Part shown: positions 53,496-64,000 of the stretch, piece by piece | How positions within the stretch are numbered: the stretch's first letter is position 1 | How the letters are laid out: the number at the start of each line of letters is the position of its first letter | Assembly (NCBI GenBank): GCA_051294905.1 | Contig: CM119372.1 | Location: 36,706,001 to 36,770,000 of the forward strand | Length of the DNA: 64,000 bases | Reading direction: 5' to 3' | Source: Botryllus schlosseri | Taxonomy: Eukaryota | Program-made: the position numbers and the translations under genes | The notes under the pieces: generated by a model | Told to the model about the DNA's origin: nothing | Database searches by the model: none | What the model saw: the letters and a program-made list of their open reading frames with translations, nothing else

Positions 53496-53868
53496 GTAAG
53501 TCGATTCCTGCCTTGCACATTAGTCACGATGATAGTTTGTGTTGTTGAATCACCAACATTAGTGCTGGGCGTGCGCGAGTTATACTATTTGAGAAGCCCA
53601 CTGGCAGTTTACGAAGTGGGAAGGTTGCAAATACAAAGTTGCAGCGAATCGACTTCACGATATAGCCACAAGGCCATGACCAGAGCGGTTCAATGTAGCT
53701 TGTGTTAGTACTCAAGTAGTAGACCTAACCCCGTAAATTTCCACCCAATTGCAAGTAGAAGTAGCGATGATATATGATATATATTGTTTAATATTGCAGT
53801 ATCTCATTTGGTAATCTGGAACAAGCAGGCCCGTTTTCAGCACAACTGATTCACAATATTCTTTTTAG

Positions 53869-53986
53869 ACTGTTGCAACAGGTGATACAAGAAGTGATGA
53901 TCGCGTGTACAAAGTAGGAAACTTTGCCGATCTGTCGAGCATCGTGGACTCGCTACAACGTGACATCATGCGGACAGGTCTAGAAG
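53869..53986 (+). CDS. Integrin alpha exon 9, end of I domain
   Basis: TVATGD...RVYKVGNFADLSSIVDSLQRDIMRTGLE; phase 0 to 1. Confidence 0.9.
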
Positions 53987-54055
53987 GTACGCATCATTTT
54001 CCACCGGTTCGGTTTGTGCACTGAATTCAATGTCGTTTCCGTTTTGTGTTATCAG

Positions 54056-54123
54056 CCGCGTCGTCTCAGGAGCACAACAAGCTTTCTATGGCGGAATCCG
54101 GAATATCAACTAAGATAACTGAA
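54056..54123 (+). CDS. Integrin alpha exon 10
   Basis: AASSQEHNKLSMAESGISTKITE resembles the post-I-domain LEMSQxGFS motif; donor GTAAGT; 421 codons cumulative. Confidence 0.85.
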
Positions 54124-54202
54124 GTAAGTGGTGCTTAAATCATTTACTACCGTTTGTGTGCTTGTGTGTGTACGGATGAGTGAGTGTGAATGTGTTTGTC
54201 AG

Positions 54203-54340
54203 AACCATCGCTACAAATGGGACCATCGATGTGTGTACGCGACTAAGAATCAGGTATCGATTGGCATGATTCGTGAAAGGGTGGTTTTCGAAGATGCGTT
54301 TACAGAAGCAGTCGATCTACGACTTGCGATCGACTATTAG
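54203..54340 (+). CDS. Possible terminal exon, not integrin-like
   Basis: TTTGTCAG acceptor after a 79-nt intron, in frame, 45 codons to TAG; no propeller motifs. Confidence 0.3.
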   Translation, partial: NHRYKWDHRCVYATKNQVSIGMIRERVVFEDAFTEAVDLRLAIDY

Positions 54341-55455
54341 GTAGAGGCTTACGTTCTACGTCAAGATAATTAATATTCGAACAGCAGAATCGACTTCATA
54401 CTGCGAACCCGACTCCAATCAGGCAGGTCATCGATTTCGCCCGTATTGGAGCGGCGATATGCTTGCCCACCCCCACACGCTACGGATTAGGGCATAATGC
54501 ACGCTTGTAAACGTGAAGTCAGACGTGACGAGTCCGTTTGCGACAATGCGAAGAAGGTAAGATTTCTTATGGTTGATATGAATCTCAGCAATTAAAGATA
54601 CATATTAGGTTAGTTTACCTATGTGTACAAGAGGTTAATAATTTCACTTCCATTACGGTACTCCTTGAAGTCTCATTTAGTCACAGGTTTGAATTACATG
54701 CATTAATTAGTCTGTGGATGCAGGTCACTGTTTAAAAGCCTCTCTAAACGGCACCGAACGTCGAACTAAAGGCATCACTGTATGGTACAGTGGCGAGTGG
54801 TCGTGTAGAGAGGTCTTTAGTCAATTGCTTGTAATTCGAACCACTGAATTTCCAAGTAAATGCATGCATGCTTATAATTTCAACTGTATTGAAAACAGGA
54901 AAGTTCAACAGTGTTCAAACATGAAATTGCAATAAAAGACGAGCCGTAAGTCAAATACAAGGTTGCAGTATATGGACCAGGGCAGAAGTTCTCAACCGGT
55001 TCTCCGCGAAGCCTCTAAATTTACAAAAAGATTGATAACCGTATTTTTATTTTATTTCAAAAATATAAAAATTACGAGACAGTTTCTCTTCATTAATGCT
55101 ACAACCTAATGATTCACATCAACAGAATGACCGACTGAGATGAGATATCCTACTGTGCAAATTTTAATTCCCTAATTCACAATAGCTTAGTAACACAAAG
55201 ATATTGCTGTTTAGAAATGTTTTGTTGGAGTTTGTGTAAAAAAAGTAGGAATAGTAAGGTCAATCAGCGTGACTTAAAATGTTTGCAAAAACCCACTTTT
55301 CTCTGATATACGTATTCACTGATCCAGAGCAACTTCGTTTGCTTGTTACTGTTTGTCACTAGCCTAGGGTTACCATATTTTTATGGCTCAAATTCCGGAC
55401 ACTATTTAACACCCACTGGCGGATTTTACAGTGAGGTATGAACATACTGTCTATC

Positions 55456-57075
55456 CATAGTGGCGTATATGGTGAGGACACAGCGAGACTGAACGACTCA
55501 CTGTATTGTGCACATTGTGACGCAACAGGACTGTCTGGCTCTTTTTTCCCAGCTGCACTCTCGTTTTGCCAGACATAATTATTGCGACACACTGCCAAAA
55601 CTCGTTCACAATGCAAATTTCTAGGCTGATTTTGGAGGGTTCCAGGACCATGAACAGAATAAAATTTATATTTCCGTAATCAGTATAGCAGCAGCTTTCC
55701 ATTAAACCCCGTTTTATTGAATTTGGCGCTCGGCAAGCCGTTGAGCAGTGATGCCGTATGATGCCGGACACAGCGAGCCGTTCAGTCTCGCTGTGTCCAC
55801 ACTAGAGCCCGACCGATTATCGGCTCGCCGATAATATCGAGTCGATATCACGCTTGGAGAGAAATATCGGTATCGGCCATTGAAGGTAAAAAAATACCGG
55901 CCATTTTCGTGACGTCACAACATGGTGGCAGGGAGTCAGAGAAGTCGATAGAAGACGTGAGGACGGAAAATTATAAAAATAAATGGCCAAGTTGCATATA
56001 GTGCATATTGCATACAGGGCAGTAGGCGTGCCTATCTGAAAAATATTATAGATAACTAACCACCGTTATGCCCCACTGACTTCGTGGGAATCCCCCTGCA
56101 GTAATCGATCACCAACGACAGAGAGCAGCTGGATGGATAGTTGTCTGCAGAAGATTTCAATCAGTAAGAGAAATGAGAACTTCAATTATGCTGGACTGAC
56201 CCTCGTGATGATAGAGAAAAGCGTCGCGTCGAAACATATCTCGGTTCGGTACCAACAGAGCTAATTATTCCAGTAATGTACGAAGTCGTCTGACTGAGGC
56301 CTGCGGGGCCACCATGATAGGAAATATGCAAGCATAGAGGGCAAGAAAATCAAGCAAACGTGGAGTAAGGCCAATAGTTGATACCAAAATTTTTGATTCC
56401 ATGATGACATTGGCCAATTCTGACAAAAGAGCGTAAAATGTTGATTGTTGAAATGCTGGTCGTGGTCAAGGCCCAAGGGGAATGGGTGGAGCAGTTGCAG
56501 ACGTGGACAATTTGAGTTGTTTTGCACATTCTCTTCAGCTATTTGTTGATGATTTGCTGAAGGCTCCAGGTGCATTGCCAGAGGAATATCAATATTAATA
56601 TCAATATATGGTGAAACCATTGAAGGAAAGATCCCCTGCAAGCAGTGCAAGGGAGCGGTGGAACCGAAATGAAGAAAGATTTCCAATTCTTGCTGTGCCA
56701 CTAACTATGGTACCAAGTGAAAGACTGCTCAATGTGTTTAGTACTATATACATCATCCATGGAAGACCACAGAAGTTCACTCCGAGAAATTGTGCTTCGT
56801 GAACTGTAATCTGCAATTGCTGGATTGGTGCTTTTGATATATTTTTATAGTTCCTGGATCATTTATTTCATGTTCAAGCATATCAATGGCTGTAAAGTTG
56901 TTGAAAGAAATACTCTGATGTGTTAAATATGGACCTTAGCTAGATTCCATATCTTTTGAATATCGGCTGAATATATCGGTGTTATCGGTGGAGGTACTGG
57001 ATATCGGTCTTATCGGTATCGGCTCAGAAATCCAATATCGGTCGGGCTCTAGTCCACACCATATAGGACACTATG
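55456..57075. mobile_element. P-like MITE interrupted by a hAT element
   Basis: TIR CATAGTG.C.TATATGGTG.GGACACAGCGAGACTGAACG, with the right copy split by the 55803 insert; 7-bp TSD GTCTATC/GTCCATC. Confidence 0.7.
55803..57051 (+). mobile_element. hAT (Ac-like) deletion derivative with transposase remnant
   Basis: TIR TAGAGCCCGACCGAT...ATCGGTCGGGCTCTA; TSD GTCCACAC; WNRNEERFPILA..VPSERL..FS at ~56655-56745. Confidence 0.9.
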
Positions 57076-58197
57076 GTCCATCAATGTGACCTCGGACTTG
57101 CTAAACTTTTCTTGTCGAAAGTATATAGGGCGATGGGCATGAAATGGTCTGGCGGGCTGTATCCTGAATCCAGCACGCCGGTCGTGTGTTTGACAGCCTT
57201 GCTATATTGTTAGGTTAGCGCGGTTAACTGGTTGTATGTTTTAACCAGGTCCTAAACTATAGGGTTACCATACGTCCTCTTTAATGGGGATTTGTCCTTT
57301 TTTTTAACAAAATTGAAAGTGTCCTCGGAGGACGCTTAAATGTCCTCTTTGTTTAAAAAAAGTAATAAAATACCATGAAAAAGTCGATTTCTAGGCATAA
57401 TAGGTGAATATAATTGTAGAAAAGTGGGTATTGTAGGAGTCTATCAGAAATACGATCTTTTCTTTTGGAGCCCATTTTTCTGATCAAAACATCCAAACGA
57501 CCTTAGCCAACTCCAGGAATATTCCGTTATCTTATAATCCTAATTACAATTAATATTATTTCAGTAAATAATCGCTATTATTGGTAATACAAGTAGTCAT
57601 AACCTAATTGAGTAATCACAAAAAGTAGTGCTTATTTATCAATCACCTCTGCGCAAAGCAAGGTTCTAATGACTCAAGTCGCAATTTTTTGTGACTCGAC
57701 TTGACTGGAGTCAAAACTAGAAAATAGAGAGTGACTTGTAATTGGAACCTTATGACTTGGTCACAGCCCTGACCCAAACCATGCATTGCTCGGGTCACAG
57801 CATTTCGTGTAGTGACCTGTCATAGAAAGCATGCACCAATCTGCTTTGTAGGTATCTAGATTTTTTTCTAACTAATATTCTCCAATAATGAATAACGAGG
57901 TACTAATGCATACACCCCTAAGCACAGACACAAGCAACTGAGGTACAAACAGCATGAACAGAACGAAGTAAAGTAATAGTACAGTTGTCACCGCTTAGAC
58001 ACCAAGGGTCTTGTGTGATCACAACATCTAGCTTGGTTACGAAGGAGTATTGCACGGGCGAGATATATAAGGATGTCAGTGAGGATTTGTAATGGTATAA
58101 CTCCGACTTTCAAGTGTGAAACAATTTTAGAGCAGTGGTTCTCAAACTGGGGAGCGTGAAAACATCTGAAGGAGAGCGCTACGCCGCGGTCCACCTA

Positions 58198-61100
58198 ACG
58201 AACAAAATATAATCAAACTAAAGAACCCTTCGAACACTGCACGTTTATCAAACACAAACGTGAAACATGTTGAGGGCAACCACCCCCGACACGTCACTGC
58301 CGTTATTCACCCGTTACATTGTCCCCCTCAGATGTGCAGATCACGGAACATCGGATCTAAAGAAACAAGGGTGAATATAACAATTCAAACACTTGACTTT
58401 TGTACTAAACAAAGTTTGTCAATGGGACGTCGCAATAGTCCATCGGAAGTCCTTCAAGTTCTTTGCCATCTGCACATATCCTAACAGGAACAATGTTCAG
58501 ATATACCTGTACGCCACCGGAACGATTTTGTTTCTCATTAAAATTTGTACTTGCAATCATGGCATTTGAAACTGGATTTGTTTCCTTTTTTTCAGTCTTG
58601 TTATTCTGATTGATGTACATGCAGAAGGGTATGATGTTTTTACCACAATCGGCTTCTTCACATTTAGATTGATTTTTACATAATTTTGCAATATATCCTC
58701 GTATTAAACAGTTACTGCATAACCCTGCGTTCTTGACAATCGCAACACGTTCTGCAGTCGGTTTGTCGATGAATATATTGATCTGGCTATGACATGATTA
58801 CCTGAGCATGATGGACATGTACTGTACTTTCTAGTTCTTTGCACATTCTTATAAGTAGAGGTTTCTTGTTCTTTGTCGGTGTTGATAATGACGGCATGGG
58901 TAGCATGTGAGTATACTTTCTTGTGGACATGTTGTTTACCCGTGTCATCATTCTTTTGAGATTGCATTGCTTGATGCATTGATGAATTGGCAATCTTGAC
59001 AATTTTTGTCACAAATCTTAGCAAATCAAGAAATGTAACATCTTTCTGACTAGCTTCACATACAGCTGCCACATCTTCCCATTTGCTGTGATATTTTGTT
59101 GGCAGTCGACATGATAACTTCACAATATTATCAAAGGTAATCAAATCTTGAACCCGATTCAAGTGTAGTGAAACGAGATAACACTCTTTCATCTTGTTCG
59201 CCAGGTCGTTTAATGCACCAGCATCATCATATTTATATAGGAGGTGCTCTGATTAATTCATCAAGATATTTTCGTGAAATAACAATCGGGTTACCATATT
59301 GTTCGTCCAAAATTTCCATCGCTTTAGCATAGCCTTCAGTTGGTGGGTACATGGAACAATGCTGAATCAATTCTTTTGGTTTTCCGTCACAATATTGTGG
59401 CAACAATGCTAGACGTTTAGCATTGTCAAATATCTTCTCTACAACATTTACCTGAAATGTCTCTCTGAACTGTGTATATTGTGTGATGGAGCCACTGAAT
59501 TTCATGATTTCAATTTTTGGAACATTCATAGCAGAGGCTATTGCATTTGCCAAGTCAGTAGCAAAACTTGTATTATTCCAGAGGTCTCAAACACGCGGCC
59601 CGCCAGAGCATTTTGTGCGGCCCGCGACGACATTTTAGATTTTTAATAATTTGACGAAATATAAGTGTCACATTCTCACATATATCTTTTCAGGTTATAA
59701 AGTCAAAATTCGGCTCTTAAATTGGTCCGAAAACCTGAAACTATTCATCAAACTTCACTATCACATCTATTGCAAACGCTACCATGCAGTGGAAGATTCA
59801 CTATTTCGCCACATTTCCAGTTCATGACGACAAAAGCTGACCCTTAGACGATTCGTGACTGAAATTTGTGAGTTGGAATTGAACGCGACCTTTCTTAGAA
59901 TTACTGAGAATCGGGCTAACTCGATGGCAAAATGAAAATGACTTGAGTTGACTCAGAGTGACTCGGAATGCCGTGAATTTAATAGAACCATGGACGCAAC
60001 AAACTAATCGCGTACCAGGGGAATAGTAATAGATCAGAAGGTCGCAGCTTGGTATTTCGCTAACTAAGCAAGTAGTTATGGCAACCATGGGCAATCTGTT
60101 AGTTACATCTTTGGTCGCTAAACCATGTTATCAAGGCCACTTCAAGGTACCGATTACCAATGGTGGTACGCTCCGACCATGTAACAACAATGGGCCGTTC
60201 AGCGTTCCGACATTTGAATCACTAAGACACATTCATTAATATATTTATATTATATTTGTATTTTATCTGCTCCTGTATTTGAAGATATTTGCCCATGAGA
60301 TTAATAGCCTACATATCAGAAGTACACCCGAATCCTGGATTGGAATTACAATGCTCAACCTAAAAATGTTTTGATATCAGATCAGTCTCTATTATCAATC
60401 TGCTAAATTCAAAATATTCATAGTAGCTGCAACATTATAACCCGATAGCTTTTATGATGGCATCATACATTTGTCCGCCCATATGGTGTCTATATCTTAT
60501 AATTAATATACATCAAGTACAACAACAATTCTATTCAAATAGTTATAAATGTGATGATTTTCTTCGTGCCAGGCCTAAATTGATACAAGAGTAAATGACG
60601 CTTTGACGATATGTGATTACTGTCAGTCTGCTGGATCGGCTCACTTTCAACAGGACAATTCATTCCCGCCAAATAAGGCCTACTTGGAAAGACATAGAAT
60701 ACCCATATAAGTGCTGCGGCCCGCGGCGTCGTCAAAACGGGAAAACTGGCCCGCGAGCACATTTGAGTTTGAGACCTCTGTATTATTCACTGGCATTGAA
60801 ACTTGTGGTTGCACTGCAGGTGCAGATAGAACAGGGATATCGTAATCTTTTGAGGCACATGCTTTGGACGGTGAACTGTTCATGATATAACTTCCAATTT
60901 CATGGTAATCCTTTTAAGGAATTAAGCTGATAGGATCGATTGGTGGAATGCCATTACTCATTGAAATGAAAGAATGTTTTATTTTACCTTCAGCTGTACT
61001 GATGGATTTCGCAGTGGTATTCATCGTGTTCAGCATTCCCATATTTTTCTACTGACATATTCTTCATCAGCGTTCTCCCATATCTCCGCCTGTAAACATG

Positions 61101-62052
61101 CGACTTCATATTTGTGCTGTAATTCCACAGCCTTTTGTTCGGCTTCTAATTCTCTTTGCTTGGTTTCTAATTCTCTTCGCTTGGTTTCTTGTTCAACTTT
61201 TTTTCGTAATTAGGATAATTCCAATTTGCAAGTTCTCTCAAGGCAATAGCTTCTATCCGTCTTGTTGCAGTAAATGAATTACATAGGAATAAAAGACTAG
61301 TTCCGTGTGACTTGTCAGATCTTTTTATATTAGATGATCTCTTACACTATTCCTGAGCGTCATCCTTCACATCTTCATACATCGAATCGTTGATATGTAA
61401 TTTGACTTCTTGAAAGGCGTTAACCTCATTTTCATACTCAAGGTTGATCATCACTGTATGATCTCCATCTTCATGGAGAAGACTGACACAAATGTTCTTT
61501 GTTCATGAATACTCATCAAAAACTCTGTCAATTAATCTTGATTTCGATATCACCAAGCTTTTATTTTCTTTGTTAAGCATAAGATTCTTCACTTCTAAAT
61601 ATAGCTGCTGTAGGTTCTTGACCATCATTTGTAGCTTCATGATATTTGCATTGACATCATGTGCCATCATGGTTTCTTGTTGCAACTTCATTGCACTTGT
61701 ATTGGCAGCATGTGCCATCATGGGATCTTCTTAGTCGAAAGTTATTATTGTTAACTTTATTGTAACAGTTACTTTATCTTATCTGATTGAAGTCGGTTGC
61801 GGTCTGCGGACTGTCACATTAATATAATTCTTCTTCAGCGATCTTGTTGCTAACACGTCGCTCTTCCAGTAGTCATCATAGTTTTTATCACATTTATTGA
61901 ACGGTTAACAATATTTTAACTAGCTCCAAAAACGAACAAAATAAAATCAAACTAAAGAACCCTCCGAACACTGCACGTTTCTCAAACACAAACGTGAAAC
62001 ATGTGGAGGGAAACCACCCCCGACACGTCACTGCCGTTATTCACCCGTTACA
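58198..62052 (-). mobile_element. Bel/Pao LTR retrotransposon, internally deleted
   Basis: Direct repeats 58198-58318 / 61933-62052 starting TGTAAC on the minus strand; purine-rich tract GAGGGGGACAA before the 3' LTR; gag motifs KFSG...YAKAMEILDEQYGNP, Cys/His knuckles, HHTLLH, NIVPVRI; terminal RRPIDKLCLV. Confidence 0.9.
59579..60780. mobile_element. hAT element inserted in the Bel/Pao gag
   Basis: TIR CAGAGGTCTCAAAC...GTTTGAGACCTCTG; TSD TATTATTC. Confidence 0.93.
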
Positions 62053-64000
62053 GTGCTTAGTTGCAGAGGCGGTCAGTAACTAAGTAATTTTGGCGGATTT
62101 TTTCTACTTTTTTTTGGACTACTAAAATAGGTTTTCCCACTTGCACTCCAGAGTAGTAGAGTTATTTTTTATGCAACCACCTTTTATACTCAAACAGATT
62201 TTAGGCCATAAAATACTTTTTACGCTTTTAATTTTGAAAAGTACAAAGTAGTTTTGGGATGCTTTTTCGTCAATTTCATGAGTGGAATTTTTATAAAAAG
62301 TGCAGTTACTGAATATTTCTTCATGAATTCATCCAATGTTTGAGCGTCATCAGTCTTTTTGCATCAATCGCGAAGATAAATCCTGCAATTTCAAAATTAT
62401 GGCAGATAACGTGACCAAATCGACTTTTTGTAACTACTTGGTACTTCTATTTCTAACTAGGGAGAAAAATACGGCATCACTTTTAATTTTCACTTGATCA
62501 CCAACAATACTTACTCTCGCCACCTCTCTTAGGTAGTTTGTTGCATGGAATATGGATATTGCGCGAAATGAAGCTAGGAACGCAATGGGCGAATCAATAT
62601 CCATACCGACAGCATGTTCGCGTTTGCGTCGCTCTTAAATAGAATACATCATGATACAGGCTAGTAGTCGACTGGTCTTAAAGAGCGGCGCACATTGCGG
62701 CATACACTCTGTTCACAGATATGTTAGTGGTGGAAATAATCGCTCGTATAGTGCGTCTCTACAATCAGCCTGCGAAGTTCCAGCTCATCTACGTGATAAG
62801 GTAAGAAGCCGCTGCGGAAAGTCCTACCAATGGTAAGTGGTAGTCTTAGGCCGGAATTGGCAACGAATAAACCGGCAACTTTGTAAGTCCCTAGCAAATG
62901 CCGATAAGCGATAAGACATTCCCACATTCCTGAGACTGGAATTCGATCGAATTGGACCAAGTAGTTGTTCTCTCTTATTTCACGATCGTTTCACGACCAG
63001 GGTTATGCACAATGATCGGAGTACTCGAATCTGAATCGAGTATTATTTGTAAATGATTCGAGTCCATTAGTAAAAGTTGAGTTGAAATTTTTGAGTACTG
63101 AAATTTTATGCCTCTACCCTACTGATTCCCAAACTGTTTGCCACGCCACATTAGTGTGCCGCGACTCGTTTTGTAGTTGCGGAGAATTTCTTGCGATTTC
63201 AGCGATTTCCAGTGTGGCCGGACTTAACCCATCTAGAGTCAAATTTACAAATTGATAAACCCAACGGTTATCTGATAAGTTGGCGACTTGTTTCCTATCG
63301 CTTTAGTACTATTCCCACACACGCTACGTAAGTAGCCACTCGATATCTACGATTGAAGGTAGGTAGGTAGTTAGGTATGGAATAGAAAATATATAACAGT
63401 TTCAGGAAGGGAATGTATTTAATCCGCACCAGCTGTTTGCCGTCGCAACTACACCATTAATACAACACAGCCGGTTTGCGAATTATATAGAGCATCGTTT
63501 CATTGCGCTGCGATTGCCAGCCCACAATCAGTTAGGCAAATTCATCTATGTCCTACCAGCGCAACAAAGCAGTGGTGAGATAGCGTAGTCGTATAGGTTC
63601 CACAGCACCAGTTTTAATGACTTGTGAATTCTAGTCTTTCCGCCGCCGACTCCAGAATTCCTATCTACGTTTTGAAAGGTTTTTTAGGCTTCTCGTCGCC
63701 ATCTTATCTTTCTAAGAGAAAAACCTAAAAGGAAAGTGAACCGTGTTACAAGGAATCATGAAGGGAAATATCTACATTGGGTAAAAATGACCACAGTAGT
63801 CGAAAGACCTTTAATATCAAAATAACAGCAACATAGCCTAATATCAAATTCCTTAGTGAATGTGATGGAGTTTAGGCGCACTGACATGGTTAACAGTTGT
63901 GTTTACGTATCAGTGCGACAACAGAACTATATTGATACCGGTAATTAAAAATAATTAGGTGTTTATGATCAATTGCGCTATCACAGGTGAGGCAAGACTC

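Noticed and set aside
56190..56250. Second hammerhead (GTGATGA...GAAAC)
   Set aside because: The core lacks the first C and no convincing stems I or II can be drawn.
62643..62832. Further integrin exon (AG acceptor, GTAAG donors)
   Set aside because: No frame shows FG-GAP or Ca-binding motifs.

Overview
Repeat-rich animal genomic DNA, probably a tunicate (inferred from the I-domain integrin alpha). One host gene is well supported: an integrin alpha with an I (vWA) domain, reconstructed as 10 phase-consistent GT-AG coding exons at 37410-54123 (+), with no recognisable integrin continuation in the remaining ~10 kb. Most of the rest is nested mobile DNA: about 20 hAT-type elements (most with 8-bp TSDs), P-like palindromic MITEs, a CR1/L2-group LINE, an internally deleted Bel/Pao LTR element, and a Penelope-like element ending in a minimal hammerhead ribozyme. 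The most unusual object is an 8.6-kb Polinton/Maverick-type element (5857-14499; AGTAGT ends, 6-bp TSD GACGTT, ~380-bp TIRs). It shows no pPolB, integrase, ATPase or major capsid gene, and its native ~4-kb cargo appears to be a decayed tandem set of penton (minor capsid)-like genes. All protein-family assignments are by eye and need profile or structure searches.
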